The notes beneath the pieces were generated by a model, which ran no database searches, had not been told where the DNA came from, and was given only the letters and a program-made list of their open reading frames with translations. DNA of 61,476 nucleotides, the filler included, from Chloroflexota bacterium (GTDB lineage: Bacteria; Chloroflexota; Chloroflexia; QHBQ01), in assembly GCA_043754535.1 (NCBI GenBank). It is 4 parts of 4 records of this genome, joined end to end, with 100 filler letters (N's around TTAATTAATTAA, not from the genome) between each part and the next. Parts side by side here need not be neighbours in the genome. Positions count along the whole stretch, not along the records: positions 15,844 to 31,272 come from JAYUUN010000035.1; positions 31,373 to 46,466 come from JAYUUN010000038.1; 2 more parts are not named here. One strand, given 5' to 3'. Positions 29,401-38,659 of this stretch are shown here, one piece after another. The first letter of the stretch is position 1, and each line of letters starts with the position of its first letter. A program made the position numbers and the translations under genes.

Positions 29401-30402
29401 TGGCGGATCGCTGATCCAGCCAACCGTGAACTTGTTCTTCTTGCCAGTTATCATGTTGATCGACTTGAACCCATCGGGGCGCAGCGTCATGCCCTTGAGC
29501 GGCTCAATGTAGAGAATGGGCGGTTTGTCGCTCTGGCGGTCGGGCAGCCAGCGTTCGAGGGCAAGGTCACGGTGAGCCGGGTCGCTGGCGATCAGGCTGA
29601 GGGCGGTGCGCCAGGGCTGGGCGGTAAGCAGCGTGTAGAGGGCGGCGTGGGTGGCAGGTTCACGCCCCCGCAGATGCTGGACGCGGGCGAACAGCGTCCC
29701 ACCGCTGCGATCCTGCAACAGCGCGACCGCATCGCTGTTCTGCTTGAGCCGGGCATCGTACTGGGTCGGGTCGGCAGTCAGGTCGAAGTCGGGGAACAGG
29801 CCGAGGCAGTAGAGTGCGCTGCCAACCACGCCCGGCTGGTCGCGGTTGGCTCTATCCAGAATCGTCAGGTAGTAGCGCAGGATGTCATCGCGGTCGGCCA
29901 CCGTCTCGCGCACGCTGCCGACAATAGTGGCCGGGCGCACGGCGAAGTTGAGCCGGTCGGTGGCCGCCACCAACTCCCGCTCCAAAGCCACAAAGAAATT
30001 GTCACGCAGCAGCGGCGCAACCACCGCGAAGGTGCTGTTGCTCAAGGAGTCAATCGCCCCAGCCCGCAGATCGGGCGGCACAAAGATGAGCAAGGCGCGG
30101 CTGAGGTCGTTGCGTAGCTCGACCGCCCGGCCCATGTCAATCACATAACTGGGCGCGTCGGCGGGTAGCTGCTCGGCATCGCTCAACACGCCAACCACAA
30201 AGCCGCCTGGTGCGTCGCCCGCCAGACTTGCGGCCACGAGGTTGATGACCGCTGGCGGCAGTTCGTCTACCCGCAGGCAAGTCCCAGCCAACTGCTCAGT
30301 GGGCAGGCTGCTCAACACGCGCCGCAACACCTGCTCGGCGTGGGAGGCGAGGAAGCGGTCGAGCGTAGAGTCGGCAATCGGCTGCAGAAGGGTGTCAGGC
30401 AC
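26473..30402 (-). CDS. Large defence protein, MAD8/DptH-like, with PD-(D/E)xK nuclease motif
   Basis: AVELRN, VAPLHPLLLGW, LHDVSDWVQTFD, LRSLSGGLALRL, RGDLLLV...VEVKYR; GTG 30402 with AGGAG RBS; family call from recalled similarity. Confidence 0.6.
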   Translation of the reverse strand: MPDTLLQPIADSTLDRFLASHAEQVLRRVLSSLPTEQLAGTCLRVDELPPAVINLVAASLAGDAPGGFVVGVLSDAEQLPADAPSYVIDMGRAVELRNDLSRALLIFVPPDLRAGAIDSLSNSTFAVVAPLLRDNFFVALERELVAATDRLNFAVRPATIVGSVRETVADRDDILRYYLTILDRANRDQPGVVGSALYCLGLFPDFDLTADPTQYDARLKQNSDAVALLQDRSGGTLFARVQHLRGREPATHAALYTLLTAQPWRTALSLIASDPAHRDLALERWLPDRQSDKPPILYIEPLKGMTLRPDGFKSINMITGKKNKFTVGWISDPPPAESPAVVYYRVELLNNEGVPAWTSRNVSKKSTPRHSRPVELNDQEVEDDFYYVRVRAFDQHGNVVNDESSDKARRDPDNEQSRLVNASESFWLGHEAGEAEESQPLNRSVGSLREAMLLANEGGKEAGKPEFEVKEGGSTIEVRFEGAGRQQFTLNPNPLLAELEHALLAAPEQATGWAIRLGNPLAVVSPTAAAPLPADLLKARRAVCDAVQQAVANGSGGGLLAATDLLPLTALVEEYLQAYRKSLIAVGHGQAGSLAVVTGLDVVEVQAGDGAVIAQIVAPLHPLLLGWQLRHARLQADWLREARGSQASHSEMGKLLRDLLPRNLPLLRPLSNNWLLQTDILGGWSLYLPLVADARRMALAQLAVLGVGGDYTIAQVKELLARYQRQHPYVRTLRLNVFGGGTMEWLAEAMVELQKDVLRAQAKGLGSPELSYDIQLFSNDAAGQRSAGTSLTALLNPERQVSEAAGVFAEPGRDPLHPRLRIARHQRADFLRNPTSYAAHISLLLDPFPVTAELDAPLADGRSSYINGLVQQPVVAYDNPAGGYRWRRQLRPGPEQDPFTHTLAILDSLHAEQVTGRASDSLPTLQLRLEADSKNLLYQLHDVSDWVQTFDQNIGLEYFDGLDDRRQIYLLAFDPPFLGNADGHLLLTTRVAGEVVNVLCRVMERLGLPVSESRATELLVVLRSLSGGLALRLLDSERNAEELVGLLLTRLYFEQDGLLRHHLLIPIDAHQSLLNSRDDDAPNLRGDLLLVQLDPANRRLTFHVVEVKYRKHLSGSVARNELADHIAEQVVATRKALENRFDSDAKRVDHQLRSRELISLLEFYLERASRYGLIDQVYAEAVRPFLYTLDYGYELDFKQSGLIFSPQAATEDSSTDGVTMLWLGQESINRALALLPSDEAAPSPIAAAVVEYFTTGRLLRLATLTTPAISQPAVEPASLLLDVQQPVLLVGTVESASGPRSTYRCKHPQ

Positions 30403-30412
30403 GGGGCGGCTC

Positions 30413-31272
30413 CTAAACGTGGTAGCGGGGGGTGAGGGTCTGGGCGGTGCTGGCATCGCTCAGGTCGGTGTAGAAGCCAATGTCACGCAGCCGCGCCCGC
30501 AGCGCATCCATGTTGGCGCGGTAGGCGGGGTAGGCATCGCCGCTAACAATCCCGGCCTCCAAGGGGCTGATATAGATGCCGTAGCGGTAGGCCAGCCAAT
30601 CCACAAACTCGTCAATCGTCAGCGGGCGGGTATGATAGCTGCCCGGCCCGCCCTCAAGCAAAGCCAGCAGCACGAAGGTTTCAAGCAGGCGCGGCGCAAT
30701 GCAGAAGCGCGGCTTGGCGTGTTCCCACCTGCCCATGCTGGAGCGGAGCAGGCCATAAGGGGTGTTCTTGAGCAGAGTTGTGCTAACCAGTTCCACTGCG
30801 TAGCGATGGTTGAAGCTAAGGCGGGCAGTGCTGATCATCTCTATCAACTTGTCGAAGTCGTCGAGCTCGCTGTTGCTCGCAGCTAGCATCTCAGCATCTA
30901 TGTCACCTTGATCACTTTTGGTACTTTCCAGCAACTCATCTACTCTAGCATCGAAGTAGTAGTGGAACATCTCGCCATTACGCTCTTGCAGAGTTTCAAC
31001 GATTTGAGCGGCGGTTGGGTTAACAATCTTCAGGCGTTTCTCGGCCAAGCGTTGCAACTGGTTAAAGGCTAGCACTCCCCGAACGTAATCAGTCAGACTT
31101 GCAACGTAATGATTGAAGCTGGCGCGAGCCATAACTGCCATTGCGCTCTTGGCATCCTCGCTCAGATCAACCAGCAGTTTGAGGCTGCCCTCGTCGCTGA
31201 TCGTGCCATTTGCCAGCCAGCGGGGAAGCGCGTCTGCTAGATGCAGGACGTAGAAACCGAGGTGTATACCCA
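30413..31272 (-). CDS. MAD7/DptG-like defence protein, C-terminal part (5' truncated by contig end)
   Basis: Frame open to contig end; LLETFVLLALL, EFVDWLAYRYGIYI, RLRDIGFYTDLSDA C-terminal motif. Confidence 0.55.
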
Positions 31273-31372
31273 NNNNNNNNNNNNNNNNNNNNNNNNNNNN
31301 NNNNNNNNNNNNNNNNTTAATTAATTAANNNNNNNNNNNNNNNNNNNNNNNNNNNNNNNNNNNNNNNNNNNN
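31273..31372. other. Artificial contig linker
   Basis: N-TTAATTAATTAA-N, 100 bp. Confidence 0.98.
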
Positions 31373-32625
31373 ACAAACTCGCCGTCGCGGAAGATATTGG
31401 CCGGGCCAGCCAGCAGGGTTAGCGGGCTATCGTTGGTCATCGTCGCCCGCAGGTAAGCCAGGCTCGCCAGCCTCGGCACGCTGCTGTAATCCAGCTTGCA
31501 GGGGAAGTCGTGGCCGGTAATCATCGTGCGATGAGGCTGGCCGTCGGCTGGCACGTCCAGGGGGCGAGGCAGCTTGAAGGTGACACTCGCGCCACTGCTG
31601 TTCACCTCGGCCACGCTCATCTCTGCCTGCATCACCATCTGCTCCTCTTCATCGGCCAGCCCGCCCATAGCTGCGTCGTCCGCACGCTCCATCGAACGTG
31701 AGCGTTTTGTCATCGGCGCAGGCGCAGCCATCGGCATCATCATGGCACGGGCTACGGGTGGGCTGTAAATGTCGAGGTAGGTCGGCTCCAACTTTGGTGG
31801 CAGGGTACCGAGGCTGGGTCGGGCAGTGGAGAGGGTCAGCGTCACCGCCTGCCAATCCTCGCCCGTGTTCTGGCTGAGGCTAGCCAGATAGTTGAGGGTG
31901 AGGGTGCCATCCAACTGCGGCTGGGCGTTGGCTGGCGCACTGCCCTGCTGGGGCGAAGCGATCCGCAAGTCGTAGAGCGGCTGCCAGCTTGCGCCTAGCA
32001 CCACGTAGGTAAGCTCCACCGTCAGGTCGCCAACCTTGCCCACTTCGAGTGGCACAGTGACAAGTGTGTTTTGGCGCGAACGCGGGTGTTGCCGCTGGTT
32101 GATCTGAGCCTGTACTACCTCGCGCAGGCGACCAACCTCGCGCAGTTGCAGATCGAGCTTCGTCTGCTCATCCTTTGCCGCCTGGGTCTGCGCGGAGATG
32201 AAGTCGAGCAAAGCCTGGGCCTGTTCGATGCTAGCCTTGCCGGTCGCCAGGGCGCGGACGTAGCGGCTGGCGGCTTCCTCTGCCATCTTCTGCAACATGG
32301 TTAGCCGCTGCGTCAGGGTGCCAGCCTGCCCTTTGACAGCCGCGATGTGGTCGTCAAATTGCAGTAGCTGCTGTTGCAGGGCGTTGAGGTCGCCGCTTGG
32401 CGAGTCGGTGAAATACAGGGTCTTACTGTCCATCCCCAGGATCAGCACCTGGGCGGTGCCAACTCCGCTGACCCGCAGCGAGTCGGTCAGCAGGTTGGCA
32501 GGCAGGCCGCCAACGGTCAAATCCTGCGCCCCGGTTTCGGTTAGCTCAAGCTGACCGCGGCGGGTAATCTGCGCCCGGTCGGTGTAGACGGTAACGGCCA
32601 CAATGGGCGCGCTCAGTTCTGGCAT
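31373..32625 (-). CDS. DUF4140/DUF4139 (MuiA-family) protein, 3' truncated
   Basis: VTVYTDRAQITR, ASWQPLYDLR, QNTGEDW..V.LTLSTARP; ATG 32625 with GGAGG RBS. Confidence 0.9.
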
Positions 32626-32691
32626 TATTCGTCCCTCCTTTGCGCTATTATAGACGATCTGGGGCAACAGTAAGTTGCACGGCGTTGGCGG

Positions 32692-33852
32692 CTAGAAGCG
32701 TACCTTCTCCAGGCGCAGCAGAGCCTGCTCCACTAGCGCGTCTGGCACGGTGAGCGAGAGGCGGAAGTAGCCCTCCCCGCTCGGCCCAAAGCCACTACCA
32801 GGGGTGAAGAACACGCCAGTGCGATCCAGCAGCCCAAAGCTGAAATCCCACGAGTTGTAGCCCTTTGGCACCTTGCCCCAGAGGTAGAGGCTGGCTTTCG
32901 GCGACTGCACCTCCAGCCCTAGCTTGCAGAGGGCGGGAACGAGCAGATCGCGCCGCCGCTGGTAGATCGCGTTGCGGGCGGGCATCCAACTCTGATCCCC
33001 CTCCAGGGCGGCGATGGCCGTGGTCTGCACCGCATTAAAGATACCGCTGTCAATATTGCTCTTAACCCGGCCCAGAGCCTCAATCATCCGCTCGTTGCCC
33101 ACCACCATACCGATGCGCGCCCCAGCCAGGCTGTACGCCTTGCTCAACGAATTGAACTCAACCGCCACTTCTTTCGCCCCCGGTATCTGCAAGATGCTCG
33201 GTGGGCAGTAGTCGTCGTAGTAGATTTCAGAGTAGGCGTTGTCGAAGCAGAGGCCAATATCGTGCTTGCGGGCGAAGGCAACCACCTGCTCAAGATAGTT
33301 CATGTCGCAAGTTGCCCCGGTGGGGTTGTTGGGGTAGTTGAGCCACATGATCACCGCCTTCTCTGCGATGTGGGCCGGGATCGCGTCGAGGTCGGGCAGG
33401 AAGCCATTCTTCTCTAGCAGCGGCATCATATAGGGTACGCCGTCGGCTAGCAGGGTACCAAACTGGTAGGCCGGATAGCCGGGGTCGGGAACGAGCGCGA
33501 TCTCGCCGGGGTCGAGCATAGCAACGGCCATGTGGGCGATCCCCTCCTTCGAGCCGATCAGCGGCAACACCTCGCGGTCACGGTCGAGAGTCACCCCGAA
33601 GCGACGGCGGTACCAGTCGCTGATCGCCTGGCGCATCTTCGGCATCCCGAAGTAGTTGGGGTAACGCATCTGGTCGTGGTGGTGGATCGCCTCGCACATA
33701 GTATCGAGCAGGTTGGCGGGAGTGGGTACATCGGGGTCGCCCATGCCAAAGTCCAGCACATCCATGCCCTCGGCACGCTTGGCGGCGAGACGCTTGTTGA
33801 CTTCGACAAAGAGGTAGGGGGGCAGGTTGCTCAGGCGGGTAGCAAACTTCAA
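32692..33852 (-). CDS. dapL: LL-diaminopimelate aminotransferase (class I/II PLP)
   Basis: LPPYLF, GMGDPDVPTP, PLIGSKEGIAH, LNYPNNPTGA, FNSLSKAY, KSNIDSGIF, TPGSGFGPSGEGYFR. Confidence 0.85.
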   Translation of the reverse strand: MKFATRLSNLPPYLFVEVNKRLAAKRAEGMDVLDFGMGDPDVPTPANLLDTMCEAIHHHDQMRYPNYFGMPKMRQAISDWYRRRFGVTLDRDREVLPLIGSKEGIAHMAVAMLDPGEIALVPDPGYPAYQFGTLLADGVPYMMPLLEKNGFLPDLDAIPAHIAEKAVIMWLNYPNNPTGATCDMNYLEQVVAFARKHDIGLCFDNAYSEIYYDDYCPPSILQIPGAKEVAVEFNSLSKAYSLAGARIGMVVGNERMIEALGRVKSNIDSGIFNAVQTTAIAALEGDQSWMPARNAIYQRRRDLLVPALCKLGLEVQSPKASLYLWGKVPKGYNSWDFSFGLLDRTGVFFTPGSGFGPSGEGYFRLSLTVPDALVEQALLRLEKVRF

Positions 33853-34062
33853 AGCAGGACTCCTTTTCTGCGTGTTCGCGCAGCCACAGGGGTTCTACTC
33901 AAGCAGATCAAGCAGAAGGGGTGGGGAGTAGAGCATGAGAAAGGAGAGGCTAACCCACAAGAGCGGACACTCGTCCGCGATCCTGGCTTACGTTCTACCC
34001 CATTGTAGACGTGCAGCAGCGCGACTTATCTGGTGATGGCGGCATTGCCACCCGTTTCGTTC

Positions 34063-34092
34063 ATTATAGTAAGGTTGAGGGGCAAGTGTCAA
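34063..34092 (-). promoter_or_regulatory. Sigma70-type promoter for dapL
   Basis: TTGACA-18 nt-TATAAT about 210 nt upstream of start. Confidence 0.75.
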
Positions 34093-34187
34093 GCAGAAAG
34101 GGGACAGGCGTATAGCTCGTCCTCGTAGCAGGTCGTTAAACCTAAATTGTAGCCAAGCCGCCCTGTCCTTGCTGTGGTCAACTTAAT

Positions 34188-34658
34188 CTACACCGCTAGC
34201 GTCTCCTGCATCTGCTTGACCACGCGCAGAGCCTCGCTGACGTGCAACCCAGCGTTGCTCATCGAGTTGAAGATGTGGCGCACAACCCCCTGTGGGTCGA
34301 TCACGTAGGTAACGCGCCCAGGTAGCAGACCGAGAGCCTTCGGTACCCCGTACTGCTTACGCAATGCGCCGCCCTTGTCGGTGAGCAGGGTGAAGGGCAG
34401 GCGGTTCTTGGCTGCGAAGCCCTCATGCGACTGCTCGCTATCGGAGCTAACCCCGATCACCTCAGCCCCTGCCTGCTGAAACACCTCGTAGCTGTCGCGG
34501 AAGCTGCAAGCCTCAGCGGTGCAGACGGCAGAGTTGTCCTTCGGGTAGAAGTAGAGGACTACAATCTTGCCCTGGTAGTCGCTCAGCCGCACCTGCTTGC
34601 CGCCGCTGGTTGGGAGGCTGAAGTCGGGAGCGGGGTCGCCGACGTTTACACTCGCCAT
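34188..34658 (-). CDS. bcp: Peroxiredoxin, BCP/PrxQ family
   Basis: VLYFYPKDNSAVCTAEACSFRD, GRVTYVID. Confidence 0.93.
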   Translation of the reverse strand: MASVNVGDPAPDFSLPTSGGKQVRLSDYQGKIVVLYFYPKDNSAVCTAEACSFRDSYEVFQQAGAEVIGVSSDSEQSHEGFAAKNRLPFTLLTDKGGALRKQYGVPKALGLLPGRVTYVIDPQGVVRHIFNSMSNAGLHVSEALRVVKQMQETLAV

Positions 34659-34805
34659 TGCTGTTCTCCTTTACTCACTCGGTTTGCCAAATAGTTGCTA
34701 AAGCCTGTGTAGTGATTATACCAAATCACACCTACGGGGTTGGTCAAGCGGGACTGCTGTGCATCGTCGCAGTGGGGCGCGGACAGCGTTGGGGTGCAGG
34801 TTCGT

Positions 34806-35978
34806 TCATAGAGCCGCACTCAGGCGGAAGCTAGGGCGCACACCGCCCACCACTTCGCCGCGATTGTTCTTGATCAGCACCGCATACTTCTCGCGCAACT
34901 CCACCCAGGTCGGCTCGTCGAGGGTTCGTAGCTGGCGCAGCAGTTCGATGGTGATCTGGTCACGGGCGCGGTAGTTGCCTTCGCTATCGGTCACTTTGTC
35001 GCCGTCGGCCACCTTAACCGCCAGACCCACACCGCCGCCAGGCAGTAGCCCCGCCTCCGCAGCGACCGGCAGCAGGCCGAGGCAGTGGAGACCCTCCGCC
35101 CCAATCTTGCTGACCATCGCCCGCGAACCCTCCTTGCCAGGCTGACCAACCTTCATCAGGTCGGTGTCCAGGCGGTAGGGTCGGCTGAGGCCGCCAACCA
35201 TCTCGCTATGCGCCCGCATCGCCGCCACTACCGTGCTGACCGCCTGCTGACGGCCAGGGCTAAAGTCAGCGCGTTGGGGCTGGGCCAGACGGGCGAAACC
35301 CCAGGCCATGTGGTAGAGAGGCAAGGCGAAGGTGGCAGCGGTGCAGCCGTCCACCCCCACCACAAGCTGCTCTGGTCGCAGGCCACAGACTTCAGCTACC
35401 ACCTGCTGCATCATTTGCTGCACAGGATGGCTAGGGCGATAGTAACCCTCTGGTGACCAGCCGTGGTGCAAGGCAAGGGCCAGCATCCCCGCGTGCTTGC
35501 CAGAGCAGTTGCAGTGCAGCACAGTTGGCTGCTGCCCTTGTTCGCGTAGACGGCGCACGACCTCTTTGCTGAAGGGCTGGTGGATGCCACACTTGAGGTA
35601 GTCCGCACTGAGGCCGATCTTGTCCAGGATGCTCTGCACCGCCGCCACATGGATGTCCTCCCCGCTGTGCGAAGCACAAATCACGGCCAACTCCTGGCTA
35701 GTAAAGCCGTACCGCTCAAACGCGCCACTCTCCACCAGCGGCAAGGCCTGGAACGGCTTGGCCGCCGAGCGCAGGTAGGTGACGAGCATCGGGTCGCCCA
35801 GCGCGTAGAGCAAGCGACCATCGGTGCCGACTACGGCCAGGCTGCCGAGGTGGACGCTCTCCACTAGTTCGCCGCGGGTAACATCAAGTAGCGGGACAGT
35901 ATGGGCAGTGGGCAGGTAGCTCCACTGGAGTTCGGTCTGGGGGCCAGCCTCGTTGCTGGCGGTCATCGGTGCGGTCAA
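34806..35978 (-). CDS. L-asparaginase II (Rhizobium etli-type) family
   Basis: RSAAKPFQA, CASHSGE, NCSGKHAGML, DGC, SKIGAEG, KVADG; TTG 35978 follows AAGGAG. Confidence 0.93.
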   Translation of the reverse strand: MTAPMTASNEAGPQTELQWSYLPTAHTVPLLDVTRGELVESVHLGSLAVVGTDGRLLYALGDPMLVTYLRSAAKPFQALPLVESGAFERYGFTSQELAVICASHSGEDIHVAAVQSILDKIGLSADYLKCGIHQPFSKEVVRRLREQGQQPTVLHCNCSGKHAGMLALALHHGWSPEGYYRPSHPVQQMMQQVVAEVCGLRPEQLVVGVDGCTAATFALPLYHMAWGFARLAQPQRADFSPGRQQAVSTVVAAMRAHSEMVGGLSRPYRLDTDLMKVGQPGKEGSRAMVSKIGAEGLHCLGLLPVAAEAGLLPGGGVGLAVKVADGDKVTDSEGNYRARDQITIELLRQLRTLDEPTWVELREKYAVLIKNNRGEVVGGVRPSFRLSAAL

Positions 35979-36232
35979 AGCGACTACTCCTTCGGCTGCG
36001 GGGGTTCTTGTCTCGGCTGCTGAACGGTGGTACAATCCTATTATAGCACAGGGGCCGAGCAGCTATCTCGCAACATCCAGGCCAACGGCTAGCGCGCAGA
36101 ACGGGTGAGTGGGGCTTGAAGTTGGTGGCGAAAAAGCTGAAACATTGACCGCCAGTCCACTGTCACAAGAGGCAGAAGCGCAAACAGAGTTATGGTCGCC
36201 TAAAGCGGCCCAGCATTGAAAGGATTACAGAC

Positions 36233-37114
36233 GTGCAGCAGAAACGCCTTTACCGCAGTATGAACAACCGGGCTGTCGCCGGGGTCGCTGCCGGTCTCGC
36301 CGACTACTTGAACATCGATCCCACCCTGGTGCGGATCGGCTTTGTGCTGCTCGGCCTGATGACCGCAGTTGTGCCAGTGTTCCTCATCTACCTGGTGCTG
36401 GCTGTGATGATGCCGCAGGGTTACACCAGCGGCCCCTCCCAACAGCCCCAGCAGCCTTACCAGCAGCAGCCCCAGCAGCCTTACCAGCAGCAGCCCCAGC
36501 AGCCTTACCAGCAGCAGCCTGAGATGGGCCAGCAGATGGGCAGCGTCTTCAGCGAAGTTGGTCGCCGCCTGAGCGAAGCCTTCAGCGACATTGCCAACTC
36601 ACTGCGCGGCCAGGGCAACCAGAACCATCCACCGCAACAGCCCCAGCAGCCGCCCGTACAACAGGCTGGCTACCGCGCCCCGCAGAGTAACTATACTGGC
36701 AATCCGCAACTAACCAATATGGGCCAGGGTGGGCAGAACAACCTGCCCCCCGCTCCCGCCCCCTATATGCAGCCGGGCTACCAGGGCAACCCCAACCTGA
36801 CCAGCATGGGCGGCAGCAGCGGCCCCGCCAATACCCCCAACCCCATGCCGAACGGCACCCCTGGCAACGGTGGCGGCTACAATAATGGCGGCGGCAACCA
36901 GATGAACAGCGCGACCATGCCCCACGCTGGCAGCAATATGCTCGGCAACATCCTGATGGTGATCGCCCTGCTGATTTTCGTCCCTCTCGCCTTCGGCCTG
37001 GGCGCGGGCCTGTTCCACTTCTTCAGCCACCTGATCTTCGGGCGTGGGCTGATCGGCCTAGTCATCCTCGGCCTGATCGTTTGGGCCATCGCGGGCAATA
37101 TGCGCCGTCGCTAA
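36233..37114 (+). CDS. PspC-domain membrane protein with Q/P/N/G-rich linker
   Basis: KRLYRS..NRAVAGVAAGLADYLNIDPTLVRI; C-terminal TM pair. Confidence 0.88.
   Translation: MQQKRLYRSMNNRAVAGVAAGLADYLNIDPTLVRIGFVLLGLMTAVVPVFLIYLVLAVMMPQGYTSGPSQQPQQPYQQQPQQPYQQQPQQPYQQQPEMGQQMGSVFSEVGRRLSEAFSDIANSLRGQGNQNHPPQQPQQPPVQQAGYRAPQSNYTGNPQLTNMGQGGQNNLPPAPAPYMQPGYQGNPNLTSMGGSSGPANTPNPMPNGTPGNGGGYNNGGGNQMNSATMPHAGSNMLGNILMVIALLIFVPLAFGLGAGLFHFFSHLIFGRGLIGLVILGLIVWAIAGNMRRR
36449..36520 (+). repeat. 24 bp coding tandem repeat x3 (QQPYQQQP)
   Basis: CAGCAGCCTTACCAGCAGCAGCCC repeated. Confidence 0.85.
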
Positions 37115-37130
37115 GCCAGCAGCAACCAGC

Positions 37131-37168
37131 CAGCAGCCTCCCCCCTCAGGGTGGGGGCTGCTTTTTTG
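37131..37168 (+). terminator. Intrinsic terminator after pspC-like gene
   Basis: AGCAGCCTCC-loop-GGGGGCTGCT followed by T-tract. Confidence 0.85.
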
Positions 37169-37181
37169 TTAGCTGGCCCCC

Positions 37182-37211
37182 TTGACAAGCCACCTACGCA
37201 AGGCATATGAT
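37182..37211 (+). promoter_or_regulatory. Sigma70-type promoter for WYL regulator
   Basis: TTGACA-18 nt-TATGAT. Confidence 0.7.
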
Positions 37212-37229
37212 CGCGCCAGGAGGGTGGAG

Positions 37230-38180
37230 ATGAACCGCACCGACCGTCTGCTGGCGATAGTGCTTGAGTTGCAGGGCAAGCAGCAGCAACGTGCCGAAGA
37301 CCTTGCCAGTACCTTTGAGGTGAGCAGGCGCACTATCTACCGCGACGTGCTGGCCCTCTGCGAGGCGGGCGTGCCAGTGGTCAGCACGCCAGGGCGAGGC
37401 TACAACCTGGTGGATGGCTACTTCCTGCCGCCTCTCAGCTTCGACAGCCAGGAGGCGATCATGCTGCTGCTGGGCAGCCAGGTGATGGCCCAGAGCTTCG
37501 ACGACGAATACCGCCGCGTGGCCGAGGCTGCCGGGCGCAAGATAGCGGGCGTGCTGCCGCCAGCCTTGCGCACCGAGGTAGAGCAACTGCGCAAGAGCAT
37601 CCAGTTTGTGGTCAACGACGGTAGCGGTAGCACCAGCAGCCTGCTGCCCAGGCTGCGCCAGGCCGTGCTGGAACGCCGCCGCGTGCGCTTTCGCTACTTC
37701 ACCCGCTTGAGCGGTGGCGAGGAGAGTGAGCGCGAGGCCGACCCCTACACCCTGATCCACATGGCAGGGGCGTGGTACCTGATCGCCTACTGCCACTTGC
37801 GCCTCGGCATCCGCCACTTTCGCCTGGAACGGATCGAGGAGCTACGGCTGCTCAACAAGCGGTTCAACCCTCCCCCTGAGCGACCAGCCTACCGCGAGGA
37901 TCGCCAGCAGCGTGGCGTAACCGTGCGTGTCCTCTTTACACCACAGGTGGCTCGCTGGGTGTTGGAGGAGCGTTACTTCTACGTGACCGCCAGCGAGATG
38001 AGTGGGGCGGGTCTGCTCGTCACCATGCGGGTGCGGCACGAGGACGAGGTGCTGCGCTGGCTGCTCGGCTGGGGTACAAGTGTGCGCGTGCTGGAGCCGC
38101 CGTCGCTGCAAAAGCTGCTGTCAGAGGAAGCAAGGCGAGTTTTGCAGAGTTACGAAGTTGGCAATCCGCTACTGACATAG
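37230..38180 (+). CDS. HTH-WYL-WCX transcriptional regulator (YafY/PafBC/DriD family)
   Basis: MNRTDRLLAIVLEL, FEVSRRTIYRD, WYLIAYCHLR..IRHFRLERI, VRVLEPPSL. Confidence 0.96.
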   Translation: MNRTDRLLAIVLELQGKQQQRAEDLASTFEVSRRTIYRDVLALCEAGVPVVSTPGRGYNLVDGYFLPPLSFDSQEAIMLLLGSQVMAQSFDDEYRRVAEAAGRKIAGVLPPALRTEVEQLRKSIQFVVNDGSGSTSSLLPRLRQAVLERRRVRFRYFTRLSGGEESEREADPYTLIHMAGAWYLIAYCHLRLGIRHFRLERIEELRLLNKRFNPPPERPAYREDRQQRGVTVRVLFTPQVARWVLEERYFYVTASEMSGAGLLVTMRVRHEDEVLRWLLGWGTSVRVLEPPSLQKLLSEEARRVLQSYEVGNPLLT

Positions 38181-38205
38181 GGTTGTCACACGCGTGGGTT
38201 AGAAT
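38173..38205 (+). promoter_or_regulatory. Putative WYL-activator-dependent promoter
   Basis: TGACA-N6-TGTCA palindrome; TGTCAC-N10-TAGAAT spacing as in PafBC-type promoters. Confidence 0.7.
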
Positions 38206-38246
38206 AAGGGGGTCGAGTTAACCAACCCATCGCAAGGAGCTAACCT

Positions 38247-38654
38247 GTGAATTATCGTGTGGGCATTGTCACGCTGTTCGTCCGCGATTTGGCTGCCGCC
38301 AGAGAGTTCTACGTCACCAAACTGGGTTTCCAGGTGGTTGAGCAAGCAAGTACCGACGACTTCATCACCCTGGCAACCGCCGACCGCTGCCTGATCGGCT
38401 TGCAGCAGCAGGCGGCCCCCAACCGCAGCATCCCCGGTCGCCTGCCCGACAGCCTGAGCGAGGACGAGCTAGTTGGCACCCCTGGCAGCGTCGAGCTTGG
38501 CCTGGAAGTTGAGGATGTAGACGCAGTGTGGCAGGCGTGGCAGGTGGCAGGCGTGAACCTGACCAGCCAGCCAGCCGATCTCTCCTTTGGGCGGGGCTTT
38601 GATGCCCGCGACCCCGACGGCCACAGTCTGGAACTCTACAAGTTTGATCGCTGA
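38247..38654 (+). CDS. VOC/glyoxalase family protein
   Basis: LFVRDLAAAREFY..LGF, VEDVDA, FGRGFDARDPDGHSLE. Confidence 0.92.
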   Translation: MNYRVGIVTLFVRDLAAAREFYVTKLGFQVVEQASTDDFITLATADRCLIGLQQQAAPNRSIPGRLPDSLSEDELVGTPGSVELGLEVEDVDAVWQAWQVAGVNLTSQPADLSFGRGFDARDPDGHSLELYKFDR

Positions 38655-38659
38655 AAGGA

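Noticed and set aside
33853..34062. Lysine riboswitch upstream of dapL
   Set aside because: Conserved L-box motifs and terminator not found by eye
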